From a virus, in IMG/VR virus record IMGVR_UViG_3300036861_000610, positions 32,001 through 96,000 of that record: a stretch of DNA of 64,000 bases; one strand, given 5' to 3'. Every line of letters begins with the position of its first letter. Positions within the stretch are counted from its first letter, which is position 1. Both the position numbers and the translations under genes were made by a program. Of the stretch, positions 1 through 9,023 are shown piece after piece. The notes under the pieces are model-generated. The model saw only the letters and a program-made list of their open reading frames with translations, made no database searches and was not told the DNA's origin.

Positions 1-381
1 CAGATCCAGGGGGCCGGCAACCAGATCCACGATCTCGGCCCACGTCATGGGGTCGTGGATGGCGCCGTTGGCCTCCAGCTTTCGAGCGTTTTCCAGGTAC
101 TGCGTCACCACGTTCCAGTCGGTGGTAACTACGACGGGAACTTCGCGCCAGCCGAGCCGTTCGGCTCGCAGGAAGCGTCGGGCGCCGTCAGCAACGACCA
201 GTTCGGTTGTCAACAGGATCGGCAGCTGCATTCCGTTGTCTCGTAACGACTGCAGCAGTTCGTCGTCGTCGCTCGTAGGTTCGGCGTCACGCCGCACCCA
301 CGACAGGTTCGTGTCACGGATCTGCTTGACGGGCAGCCGGACATCGGTTGATTGGAAGTCCAAAACGGTGCTCCACTTCAT
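1..381 (-). CDS. ParB/Srx-like N-terminal domain protein (runs off window edge)
   Basis: Manual translation MKWSTVLDF...ELLQSLRDNGMQLPILLTTELVVADGARRFLRAERLGWREVPVVV matches the ParB-N pattern; not in ORF track. Confidence 0.75.
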   Translation of the reverse strand, partial: MKWSTVLDFQSTDVRLPVKQIRDTNLSWVRRDAEPTSDDDELLQSLRDNGMQLPILLTTELVVADGARRFLRAERLGWREVPVVVTTDWNVVTQYLENARKLEANGAIHDPMTWAEIVDLVAGPLDL

Positions 382-398
382 CGTTCTGATAGGACCCG

Positions 399-428
399 AA
401 GCTACAGGGGTAGGTAGGGGTATGTCAA
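399..428 (-). promoter_or_regulatory. sigma70-type promoter for parB-like gene
   Basis: TTGACA-18nt-TAGCTT on minus strand. Confidence 0.6.
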
Positions 429-556
429 GCAGAAAGTAGAGGGGGTCTGGGGAAACCTCTATTTACGATAAAAAATCGGCGAGATACCAGGGCCAAGGAA
501 GCGGGGGCGGAGACCTGGCCCCCCAGGCCTCCGCCCCCGGGGTGGAGAGTAAAGCT

Positions 557-958
557 TCAATCCCACCAGTCCAGCTGGCAGATTCGACGACCGTCGGGCT
601 CCACAGCCTCAACATCACCGGTGCCACGGAACTCCTGCAGCGCCTTCGCGCAGAAGTCCCTGATCTCCCGCCGGTTGGGGCCGTGGAAGTAGACGCGACG
701 GTCGTAGGACCCCGGAGGTCTGGTGTAGTACTTCCGATCCCACCCGTCCGGCTCCCAAGTGCACAGATGCAGCCGCCAGCTCCGGGACACCGGAGCCAGC
801 CGCCGGACCTCGTCCGGCAGAGTGCAGTGATAATCGGGACCGTTACGACGCCGCCAAAGGCCACCCTCGTGAGGGGGAATGTTGGGGCAGTTCATGTGTG
901 AAGGAACGTAGAACTCTGCTCTCACCCAGTGAGGGCAGTCTTTGTCTGTACGAGACAT
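557..958 (-). CDS. hypothetical Arg/Trp/Cys-rich 'MSRT' protein
   Basis: ATG after AAGGAG; MSRTDKDCPHWVR...; same N-terminus as 19570-19854. Confidence 0.7.
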   Translation of the reverse strand: MSRTDKDCPHWVRAEFYVPSHMNCPNIPPHEGGLWRRRNGPDYHCTLPDEVRRLAPVSRSWRLHLCTWEPDGWDRKYYTRPPGSYDRRVYFHGPNRREIRDFCAKALQEFRGTGDVEAVEPDGRRICQLDWWD

Positions 959-995
959 GCGCACGGCTCCTTGGCCGTGCCGGACCATCCGGCAC

Positions 996-1007
996 CTATA
1001 AGCGCAT
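996..1007 (-). promoter_or_regulatory. uORF (Met-Arg-Leu-TAG) with downstream alternative hairpins
   Basis: GGAGG SD, ATG CGC TTA TAG, then GTGCCGG/CCGGCAC overlapping GCACGGC/GCCGTGC. Confidence 0.55.
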
Positions 1008-1142
1008 GGCTGCCTCCTCTGGTTACAAGATTTTTGAGGGGGACGCAGGTCCGTCTCCCCTAGCCCCAGGGCGGACCCAGGCTGGGATCATGAACGGCCT
1101 TCACCTCAGGTGAAACGAGCAAAGGTGTTGACGTCCCCGCAG

Positions 1143-1215
1143 TACCCCCACCCGGATTCGAACCGGGAACCTACGCGTTAGGACCGCGCCGCTCTATCCC
1201 TTGAGCTATGGGGGC
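1143..1215 (-). tRNA. tRNA-Arg(CCT)
   Basis: Full cloverleaf, loop GTCCTAA. Confidence 0.9.
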
Positions 1216-1557
1216 ACGTGCAAAAACCCCGTGGCAGGTTCGTCGGCTTCACTGGTGGTTAACCTCTGCCTCCCCTACCACGGGGCCCTTGCGCCCAACC
1301 CCTCCCGCCTGCTGCTGCACTTGGGAAAGCTAACGGGCCCTGATGCCCTCCGGCGGAACCCATACCGGTCGGTAAGCGCTGACTGGGGAGAGGAGGCCCT
1401 GCGGGGACCAGACCCATTGCCAGAACTTTGGGACTTTTTTGGAGCGGGAGGCGCCGGCACCGCAGGCCGGGGGACCACGCGGAGGGCAGCACCCCCACTC
1501 CACAGACAAGATACAGCCAAAGACTGCCTCCTGTCTGCCCTTCTTCACTTGTCACTC

Positions 1558-1705
1558 TGGTGCGTGGGGAAGGGAGGGTTCGAACCTCCAGGCTCACGGC
1601 TGGCTTTCGCCCGCTTGCCAACGCCCTGTATTGCAGGTGCCGCCCGGTCGTCACCGGTCCTGCAAGAGGGGCGCCCCCAGTTCCATCTCCGGGACCTTCC
1701 TCTCG
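1558..1705 (-). ncRNA. tRNA-like RNA with T-arm and 3' CCA but expanded core
   Basis: GGAGG-TTCGAAC-CCTCC T-arm; imperfect acceptor CGAGAGGAAG/CTTCCCCACG; ends GCACCA. Confidence 0.5.
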
Positions 1706-1778
1706 TGGTGTGGCCCCGTCCCGTCCAGAACGAGGCCACCTTTGCGTGCGAATCAGCTGTGGAGCCAGATCGCCTGCG

Positions 1779-1860
1779 TGCCCCAGTGGGTGGAATCGGA
1801 CCACCACAGCGACAGAGGAGTTGATCCCTCTGCCCTACCGCCTTGAACCTGACGCGGGGC
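1779..1860 (-). ncRNA. degenerate tRNA-like element
   Basis: GCCCC/GGGGC ends; T-arm GGTGG-TCCGATT-CCACC; stem CAGAGG/CCTCTG with TCA-containing loop. Confidence 0.4.
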
Positions 1861-1935
1861 CTCATTGTCGCGGTCCGGCCGAGGGGGTTGCCCCCGGCCC
1901 TTCCGCTGCAATGCTCTTGCTTGGTGCTGAGAACA

Positions 1936-1964
1936 ACCATACACACCCCCACGTGGGGGCGCAA
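1936..1964 (-). promoter_or_regulatory. promoter with palindromic spacer CCCCCACGTGGGGG
   Basis: TTGCGC-17nt-TATGGT. Confidence 0.55.
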
Positions 1965-2017
1965 GTCTTCTTCTCAAGATTCTTTTCGGAATCGGACATT
2001 TGATCTAAGATCATGAA

Positions 2018-3454
2018 ATGGGGTTATCTCTCCAGGACCGCGTCGCCATGCTGCCGGCCGAGGACCGCAACGCATGGCTTGCTGAGCTGCCCGACTACCT
2101 CATCGAAGAGATGGAGCGCGGCGAATGGTGGTGGGTCTCACGCCCAGAACAGGTACCTCCGCCAGGCAACTGGTTCGTGTGCCTCGCACTCGCCGGCCGC
2201 GGCTGGGGGAAGTCTCGAAGCGGCAGTGAATGGATCGTCAACCAGGTCCTAAGGCATCCATTCGACAGCAGTGGAACCCCCACCGAGTGGCTCGTTATCG
2301 CTGAGACTCTGTCTGACGCCCGGACGATCTGCATGGAAGGTCCCGCCGGCATTCTGCGAGTACTGGAACGACGTAAAATCAAGCACCGTTACAAGATGAG
2401 TCCACGCCCTATGATCCTGTTCCCGGACGGGGCGAAGATCTACACCGAAGGGGCTGACGACCCTGACGTAGGGCGCGGATACAACTCGTCCGGCGCCTGG
2501 TTGGACGAATGCGTGAAATGGAAATACCCAAAGAAGTCTTGGTTCGAGGGCATTATGCCTTCGTTGCGGGCAGACCTTGTTGGGGATCATCCAAGGGCAT
2601 TCGTTACCACTACGCCTAAGCCAATCGATCTTCTTCAGGAGTGGCTCAAACGAGACGACGGAACCGTTCACTTAATGCGTGGTTCCACCTTTGAAAATGC
2701 GTCCAACCTGTCTCAGCTTGTTATCGACGAACTGCGTAAACGCTATGAAGGCACCGACATTGGCCGCCAAGAACTTCATGGTGAAATGATCGAAGGCTAC
2801 GAAGGTGCACTCTTCAAGCGCATTGACATCATTAACAACAGGCTGGCCGAGGCCCCAGAATTAGTCAACATCGTCGTTGGCGTTGACCCGTCACTCACTG
2901 GCGAGGACGATGAGATGGGTATTGTTGTTGTCGGTCGCGACCGCGACAACCACATGTATGTCCTTGAAGATGCTTCTCTCATGGGTGTTGGTCGTTCGGC
3001 CGCCCTGGAAGCGTGGCGTGTGGTGGCACGCTGGGGTGCCGACAAGCTTATTTGTGAGGTAAACCTCGGCAAGCGGTGGATGCAACAGGTCTTCAACGAC
3101 GCGTATTACGAACTTGTTGGTCAACAGATATTTGAGAAAAACACCAAGCCACCGCTACTCGGCATCGACACGAAGATCGGCAAAAAGACCCGCGGTGAAC
3201 CCGTGGCTATGCGCAACGAGCAGGGCAGATTGCACCACATCGGCATCTTCCCGGAGCTGGAGGACCAGATGGCTACCTTCACCAGCTGGGGAACTTCAGA
3301 TTCACCCGACCGTCTCGACGCCCTGGTCCACGCCTGCCGCTTTCTGATCGACGGAGAAAAGAAGCAAGCAAGAATCTCCTCCCCCCAGGATGTTCTTTCC
3401 ACCACACTGCAGTCGTTGCTGGCCGAGGCAGGAAGCTATCGCGCCGACTTCTAG
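2018..3454 (+). CDS. terL: terminase large subunit
   Basis: AGRGWGKS Walker A, WLDE Walker B, TTTP, VGVDPS nuclease motif, C-terminal DRLDA. Confidence 0.93.
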   Translation: MGLSLQDRVAMLPAEDRNAWLAELPDYLIEEMERGEWWWVSRPEQVPPPGNWFVCLALAGRGWGKSRSGSEWIVNQVLRHPFDSSGTPTEWLVIAETLSDARTICMEGPAGILRVLERRKIKHRYKMSPRPMILFPDGAKIYTEGADDPDVGRGYNSSGAWLDECVKWKYPKKSWFEGIMPSLRADLVGDHPRAFVTTTPKPIDLLQEWLKRDDGTVHLMRGSTFENASNLSQLVIDELRKRYEGTDIGRQELHGEMIEGYEGALFKRIDIINNRLAEAPELVNIVVGVDPSLTGEDDEMGIVVVGRDRDNHMYVLEDASLMGVGRSAALEAWRVVARWGADKLICEVNLGKRWMQQVFNDAYYELVGQQIFEKNTKPPLLGIDTKIGKKTRGEPVAMRNEQGRLHHIGIFPELEDQMATFTSWGTSDSPDRLDALVHACRFLIDGEKKQARISSPQDVLSTTLQSLLAEAGSYRADF

Positions 3455-3617
3455 TTGTTTGTTCAAAATCCGCAACGGGTATGCAAAGATCAGACAAAGC
3501 CCAGCCCAAGGAGCGCCCAGCATGTGTCAGTGCCACTGCGCACCACCACCGGGGCCCGACGGCACCCTCAACGCCTTCACTCTCATCCTGATCACCCTCA
3601 ACCGCATGGAGGAAACA

Positions 3618-3923
3618 ATGGCCACCGTTCTTGAGAACCTTGCCGCCGTCCAGGCCAAGGCCGACGCCCAGGGCACCGCCCTGCAGGCCCTTGCCGCCGC
3701 GTTTGCGGACCTGGCCGCAGACGTCCGTGCAGCCCTTGCCGCCGCCGCTGACCCCAGCGTCGACGAGCAGGCCGCGCTCGACACCTTCAACACCACCCTG
3801 GACGCAACCGCCGCCGCTGCCGCTGAGGCGCTGGCCGCTGTGGCCGCCCTGGACACCGAGGTCGGCGACGCTGACGGCTCCGACGCTCCCGCGGCGCCGG
3901 GCCCCGAGGGTCCCGTCGTCTAA
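3618..3923 (+). CDS. Ala/Asp-rich coiled-coil hypothetical protein
   Basis: GGAGG SD, strong GC3 codon bias. Confidence 0.7.
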   Translation: MATVLENLAAVQAKADAQGTALQALAAAFADLAADVRAALAAAADPSVDEQAALDTFNTTLDATAAAAAEALAAVAALDTEVGDADGSDAPAAPGPEGPVV

Positions 3924-3931
3924 AGCTCAAC

Positions 3932-3969
3932 GCGAAGACCCCCAAGCCTTCATGGCTTGGGGGTCTTCG
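3932..3969. terminator. hairpin terminator between convergent genes
   Basis: GCGAAGACCCCCAAGCC / GGCTTGGGGGTCTTCGC inverted repeat. Confidence 0.75.
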
Positions 3970-3971
3970 CT

Positions 3972-4547
3972 TTACGATGCGCTGACCCCACGCAGCAGGT
4001 GAGGAAGCAGCCGTACGTACATCACGTGCACCTGGGCGTCGGTAACGTCGACCAGCTGGTTGATCGTCAACCAGACCGTGTCACCTTCAGCCTCGATCCT
4101 GTTGGTGCCACGCCCTGGGCCGGCTGGCTCGATGCCGGTCAGGTCTACCGCGAACAGCGAATACACCGTGTCCGCGGCCTTGATGCCCCGACATGTCCCC
4201 AACGCCAGCATCCGAGTGGGGGCTACGAAACCTGACTCTTCGTACAGCTCCCGAAGAGCATCAACCTCAGGGTCCTCGCTCTCGGTAAGGCCGGTGATGG
4301 CGCACAGCGCGGGGGCGTCGATGTCCCAGCTGGGCACGATTTCTCGACGGACCAGGAACTGATAGCCGTACACCGACTGCCGAAATGGCAACACAGCCAC
4401 GATCTTGCCGTTGGAGTACGTTTCGTGAAGGTAGATGAACTCCTGTCGACCAAATCGCGGCGCCGACACACTGTGCAGGCTCCGCCATCGAGTTCGGTGC
4501 AGGACCTTCACTCGATTACGAGGCTTCCTCCGAAAGATAAATTTCAT
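3972..4547 (-). CDS. Nudix hydrolase
   Basis: Nudix box GLTESEDPEVDALRELYEESGF; start uncertain. Confidence 0.8.
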   Translation of the reverse strand: MKFIFRRKPRNRVKVLHRTRWRSLHSVSAPRFGRQEFIYLHETYSNGKIVAVLPFRQSVYGYQFLVRREIVPSWDIDAPALCAITGLTESEDPEVDALRELYEESGFVAPTRMLALGTCRGIKAADTVYSLFAVDLTGIEPAGPGRGTNRIEAEGDTVWLTINQLVDVTDAQVHVMYVRLLPHLLRGVSAS

Positions 4548-4663
4548 ATGGATCTATTCCCTTCTAGTAGTCAAACGGTCCCTTTGGCCAGTACACCAGG
4601 ACGAACGCGAGGGCGAACAGGTCGACGGTCAAGCACCCGGCCAGGATCAGCCAGCCGGCGGTT

Positions 4664-4870
4664 TCACCTATCACTGGACGTTTCTCCCTGGGGCTCGTCG
4701 GGCAGTGTGTCAACGTACTTAGCCTTGGTTCGCCAGCAGCTGCCACACTCGCTGCATCGAATCGCCGAATACGCCGATGGGGTGCGGTGGCCGCCGTTGA
4801 ACGCCGAGTAGTTGGCTCTTCGGACCTGGACGTACCACCGTGGACGATGTTCCGGAACGCGACAGACCAT
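4664..4870 (-). CDS. small Zn-ribbon hypothetical protein
   Basis: AAGGAG SD; CxxxxH and CSECG motifs. Confidence 0.6.
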   Translation of the reverse strand: MVCRVPEHRPRWYVQVRRANYSAFNGGHRTPSAYSAIRCSECGSCWRTKAKYVDTLPDEPQGETSSDR

Positions 4871-4897
4871 AACTGCTCCTTCAGGTCTTGTAGATGA

Positions 4898-5476
4898 TCA
4901 CCTCTTGTCCAGGTACTTCCCGATAACCTGGGCCAGACCGTCAAGCGCCGACTCATCGGACGTAGCCCACGGGCCAGTGCGAACGGCCGTGTGGTCACGC
5001 ACCAACGATGCGCTCACGATCCCGAACTGGCGCTTGTACCTAATGTGCCAGGTCGGTGCAGGAGACGTAGATTCTGAATACATCTTCTGGGCCACCAAAG
5101 CGGTTCCCATTTTCGAGGCCAGCTCAAAGGTGGCCTCATCGGTGTTGTGACACCACTCGCCGCGAACGCGGACAACGTGACTGTCGTCAACGAAGACGGC
5201 GCGAACCTTCTGGCGCTGGCCGGCAACATAGGTGTCCCACTCGTAGTTGACGCCCGGCACCCAGCCCCGATCGGCGCCAGGGTACGGAGGCTCCCGATCC
5301 GCGATCAGAAGCTCCGTGTCGAGCGAGTGCCGCCAAAGTGGGATGTTCTTGATCCCCAGGATCCGTACAGCCACATTGACGGTTCCCACGGCGACCTCTT
5401 CGATGCGGTACGGGCCGCCACTGTTTACATAGATGCGGTCGCCGACCCGGAGGTCCTTGGCCTTGACGTAGATCAT
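4898..5476 (-). CDS. hypothetical protein (N-terminal SH3-like 'AKDLRVGD' domain)
   Basis: SD, overlapping stop/start with neighbour. Confidence 0.7.
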   Translation of the reverse strand: MIYVKAKDLRVGDRIYVNSGGPYRIEEVAVGTVNVAVRILGIKNIPLWRHSLDTELLIADREPPYPGADRGWVPGVNYEWDTYVAGQRQKVRAVFVDDSHVVRVRGEWCHNTDEATFELASKMGTALVAQKMYSESTSPAPTWHIRYKRQFGIVSASLVRDHTAVRTGPWATSDESALDGLAQVIGKYLDKR

Positions 5477-5871
5477 GACGATTCTCCCTTGTTTGTTGGG
5501 GACAGGTGCCAGGAGTCGTGGGTGCAGTTGTGCTCATCGCATTCGGTGCCACTGTTGTCGATGCCAAGAAGCTTTGTGCCGACCCAGATCGTTTTGCAGT
5601 CGCAGCCGAGGCAGTGAATGACCTCGGTGCCCTGCGGCGCGGCTTCGAGAGCCTTCAAGAAGCTGCGCAGCACGGGAACGTCCTGCTCGTCGAAGGTCAC
5701 ACGCCCTACGACGTAGCGCATCCCCCGGCTCGGCGGCCGTGGCGGCTCGAAGCCGGCCAGCAGTCGGTCGATGTGCGCCGGGCGCCGCGGTGGCGCGTAG
5801 CCGGTCGCGTAGGCCAGCTCCGGGTCACTGTCGTCTTCGATGGGAAAAATCCACCTGGCTGCCGTTGTCAT
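5473..5871 (-). CDS. hypothetical Cys/His protein, paralog of 6393-6896
   Basis: Shared WxFPxxDDxDPELAYAxG, MRYV(V/I)G, FLKALxAAPxGTE, CxxCxC and CDEHxCxHxSW. Confidence 0.75.
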   Translation of the reverse strand: MTTAARWIFPIEDDSDPELAYATGYAPPRRPAHIDRLLAGFEPPRPPSRGMRYVVGRVTFDEQDVPVLRSFLKALEAAPQGTEVIHCLGCDCKTIWVGTKLLGIDNSGTECDEHNCTHDSWHLSPTNKGESS

Positions 5872-6083
5872 GACGTTTCTCCCTTGCCTGTAACCCGAGC
5901 TGGAGTCGGACAGTTGTGGTCCCATGTTGAATCGCCACACTGTGGGTCATGGCAGGTGTTCAACCGTTGCTCGTCGCGCAGCTCCTTCAAGTTCAGGAGC
6001 AAGGTCTCCAGATAACCGATGGGGTCAGTCACCTCGTCGGCCAGGTAGAGGTCCAGGTTCTGGATGATCGAGTCGAGGGTCAT
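5868..6083 (-). CDS. hypothetical protein
   Basis: ATGA coupling on both sides; CHDPQCGDSTWDHNC. Confidence 0.6.
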   Translation of the reverse strand: MTLDSIIQNLDLYLADEVTDPIGYLETLLLNLKELRDEQRLNTCHDPQCGDSTWDHNCPTPARVTGKGETS

Positions 6084-6379
6084 GGCTTTACTCCTGGGGG
6101 GATTCGGGGGTAAGCGTCTTCTTCGTCGATCGCGGCCAGTAACTGCCGCACTGCGTCCAGGTCCGATGGCAACAGGACCAGAGTGCGGACGCCCGAGTCG
6201 ATTTGGTAGGTCATGAGGTTGCGGGAGCGGTCCACGACTCGGTACGCCATGACTGGCTCCTGGTTAGCGGTGATCGTGTACACCTTGCCTTTGAAGCCTG
6301 CCGGCGGGGAGTCGAGGCAACCGGTGCAGCCGGCGGCGTACTGGCAGTCCCGGCGGCGGTGCTCGTTGTGCATACCCAT
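6080..6379 (-). CDS. hypothetical protein
   Basis: AAGGAG SD before MGMHNEH. Confidence 0.6.
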   Translation of the reverse strand: MGMHNEHRRRDCQYAAGCTGCLDSPPAGFKGKVYTITANQEPVMAYRVVDRSRNLMTYQIDSGVRTLVLLPSDLDAVRQLLAAIDEEDAYPRIPPGVKP

Positions 6380-6392
6380 GGTTTTCTCCTTC

Positions 6393-6896
6393 TTACGAAA
6401 TCGGCTTGTGGGTTGCAGGCGTCTCGGGGCTGTGAGGACAACGTGAGACACTGTCGTCGTAGGAGCGGATCCAGTCGATGACACCGGGCCTGTCTTCGAT
6501 AGCCCTGAGGCCTTCCCCGCAGAACCGGCACCGGGCATCACGCCTGGTGTTCCAGGACGTGTGCCGGCAGTCGTGCTCATCGCACTGGGCGCCAGTGTTT
6601 TCAGTGCCCCGCAGCTCGGCCCCGACCCACACCGCCCGGCAGCCACAGCGGACACAGGTGATGAACTCAGTGCCCTCCGGCGCCGCGTCGAGGGCCTTCA
6701 AGAAGGCCCGCAGTAACGGCAGGTGGCCTTCCATGATGACCAGGAAGCCGTCGTCGCCAATCACGTATCGCATCGGCCCTCTAGGGACTTCCTTGTGACG
6801 CTGATTGAAGTCCCGGGTCCGGTGCCCCATGGCATACGCCAGCTCGGGGTCGTCGTCGTCGTCTACCGGGAACACCCACTCAACTGGCTGGCCCAT
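6393..6896 (-). CDS. hypothetical Cys/His protein, paralog of 5473-5871
   Basis: See paralog; extra C-terminal CRFC...CPH. Confidence 0.75.
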   Translation of the reverse strand: MGQPVEWVFPVDDDDDPELAYAMGHRTRDFNQRHKEVPRGPMRYVIGDDGFLVIMEGHLPLLRAFLKALDAAPEGTEFITCVRCGCRAVWVGAELRGTENTGAQCDEHDCRHTSWNTRRDARCRFCGEGLRAIEDRPGVIDWIRSYDDSVSRCPHSPETPATHKPIS

Positions 6897-7102
6897 TACT
6901 CCTCGATCCAAATGCGATCAACGGTTGACGTCAGAAGCGTGGTCACGAACCCGTCATGACCCTTGGGGTCATCCTTGAAGCAGCCGACATTGTGCTGCTC
7001 CCGTTTCTGGCCGCGAAGGAATGTGGTTGCATCGCCATCCCACTCCGCGCCTGATCGTTGGATGAAGTGGCCGCAGGACAGCAGGGCTATCAACCTGGTC
7101 AT
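6896..7102 (-). CDS. hypothetical protein
   Basis: AGGAG SD, MTRLIALLSCGH, TAATG coupling. Confidence 0.55.
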   Translation of the reverse strand: MTRLIALLSCGHFIQRSGAEWDGDATTFLRGQKREQHNVGCFKDDPKGHDGFVTTLLTSTVDRIWIEE

Positions 7103-7161
7103 TGATGTACTCCTGGGAGAGAAGGTGGGGCGCGGCCGGGTGACCGCGCCCCAAGGGCGAA

Positions 7162-8223
7162 CTACTGGGCGGCGACTTCCAGCGCCAGCTTCATCGCCTT
7201 GCGCTTGAGCGGCTCCGGCTTCATCAGGTTCCGGTTGAGCCGCGTCTCCCAGGTCCGTGCCGTGCGGACGTGGTCGAGGTACTCGCCGGCCGCCTGCACC
7301 AGGCCGTACGCGGTGTGGATGACGGGCTCGTTGGTGGGCGACAGGAACAGCTGGCGGAGCTTGTCCTGCGCGGCGTGCACGTTGCCCAGCACCCGCTCGG
7401 TGGCCAGACCCTGCGGCGGCTCCGGGATGAATGCCGTCACAAACAACTCCCGCTGGCCGGCGGTGACGGGCACACCCAGCAGGCTGGTGGCCATCTCCTT
7501 CCAGGCCTGCATCTCGCGGCGGGCGCCGGTGACAGCCTCGCGGGCCTCCGGGACCCGGTCGCGCCACTTGGTGCTGTGCCGGAACGCGTAGGTGGCGCCG
7601 TGACGCTGGCCTTCCATCTCGGCCATGTTGAATGTGTTCTGGCAGACGATACGAACCGCGGTGGTACGCAGCGCGCAGGCGCCGGTGCCGTCGTGCCGGT
7701 TCGTGATGGCCAGGTACGGGTAGGTGGCGCTGCCGTCGCCGGGCAGCTCGATCGGCTCGTCCAGCTTGACCAAAACCCAGACGGCCTTGCCGTTGTTGAG
7801 CGAGCCCGCGGTCTCCCACTTGACGTTGGTCTGGCCGAGGACCGCCTCGATGATCTCGCCCATGGAGGCGTGGTCAATGAGGGTGTAGCCGTCGGACACG
7901 ACCGACAGGATGTTGCCGTTGTCGGAACGGACGATGTGCTTGTCGCTGGGGTTGGTCTCGATCTCGGGGACCTCGACGGTGCTGTAGCTCTTGACCTTGT
8001 ACAAGGGCTGCTGCAGCTCGTCCATGCCGTACAGCTCCAGCTCGGGAACCTCGATCTGCTTGGTGCCGAGCTGACGGAAGACGGGCTCCTCGACGGGCTC
8101 CCAGTCGAGGCCGGCGAGCTTACGGGCCTCATCCCAGCTGCCGGGGTAGTCCGGCAGGATGATGCCCTCGTTGTGCCAGGGGGCAATCCGGACCGAGAAC
8201 ATCGAATCGACGAGAGCTGACAT
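7162..8223 (-). CDS. DUF932/DUF945 (TIGR03299-like) phage/plasmid protein
   Basis: MFSVRIAPWH, AGLDW, ETAGSLNNGK, HDGTG, VRIVCQNT. Confidence 0.88.
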   Translation of the reverse strand: MSALVDSMFSVRIAPWHNEGIILPDYPGSWDEARKLAGLDWEPVEEPVFRQLGTKQIEVPELELYGMDELQQPLYKVKSYSTVEVPEIETNPSDKHIVRSDNGNILSVVSDGYTLIDHASMGEIIEAVLGQTNVKWETAGSLNNGKAVWVLVKLDEPIELPGDGSATYPYLAITNRHDGTGACALRTTAVRIVCQNTFNMAEMEGQRHGATYAFRHSTKWRDRVPEAREAVTGARREMQAWKEMATSLLGVPVTAGQRELFVTAFIPEPPQGLATERVLGNVHAAQDKLRQLFLSPTNEPVIHTAYGLVQAAGEYLDHVRTARTWETRLNRNLMKPEPLKRKAMKLALEVAAQ

Positions 8224-8277
8224 GGCTTCCTCCTGGGGGTAGGGGTGAAGTTCTTCGTTTTTTTTCTTACAGGAACG

Positions 8278-8307
8278 AAGTTACCGCACCCCTACCCCGG
8301 GGTGCAA
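8278..8307 (-). promoter_or_regulatory. promoter with CCCCTACCCCGGGG spacer
   Basis: TTGCAC-18nt-TAACTT. Confidence 0.55.
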
Positions 8308-8325
8308 CCCCTGGAGGAAGATTTT

Positions 8326-9012
8326 TTACAAGAAAAAGTGGCGACGCACTTTGAGCAGCCACTCCTCAACCGGCTCCGTGTCCGGCCGCTCCGGCAGCGC
8401 CGGCTCAACCTCCTTGAAGCGGGCCTCATAGCTCAACAGCTGCTCCTCGGCCACCGTTGGATCCTGGGCCACAGCCTCTCCGAACCTGTGATACCAGGCC
8501 GGATTCTCCAGCCTGATCTGCAGCTGCGCCGTCGAGTACAGCTGAAAACCCTGATGCAGCAACCGCAGCAGATGCCGGGCATGCTTCGCAGTCCGCTTCT
8601 TCAAGTCGGACGAGAAGTTCCCCTCCCGCTTGACCAATCGATCAAACTGCTGCCGGGCATAACCCAGGTACGCGGCCTGCACCCGCGGCGCTGACAGGAA
8701 CGACCCCCGGATCTCGATGAGGTCAAGCCCCAGTGGATGCCGGAACTCGTACAGATCCTCAGGCAGCCACAACAACTCGTTGACCGTGGGGTTGCCGCTA
8801 AGCACCAGCCGACAGAACTTGGCCGCCTCGTGGAAGGTGTAATCCGACGGCTTAGTGAAGACCACCGACTCCTGCGGCTCACGCAAACCGTGCAGCATTA
8901 CCGTAGGCATCGCGTACATACCCAGCCGGTCCGTATCGGATTGCGGCGTGGACAAGCCATACGCCTGCGAGCCGACAACGCCCAACAGGAGCACAGCGCC
9001 AGGGGGATTCAT
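8326..9012 (-). CDS. RlaP-like nucleotidyltransferase (DNA pol beta superfamily)
   Basis: GSQAYGL...SDTDRLG, NPTVNELLW, KHARHLLRLL. Confidence 0.87.
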   Translation of the reverse strand: MNPPGAVLLLGVVGSQAYGLSTPQSDTDRLGMYAMPTVMLHGLREPQESVVFTKPSDYTFHEAAKFCRLVLSGNPTVNELLWLPEDLYEFRHPLGLDLIEIRGSFLSAPRVQAAYLGYARQQFDRLVKREGNFSSDLKKRTAKHARHLLRLLHQGFQLYSTAQLQIRLENPAWYHRFGEAVAQDPTVAEEQLLSYEARFKEVEPALPERPDTEPVEEWLLKVRRHFFL

Positions 9013-9023
9013 AGGCCCTCCTC

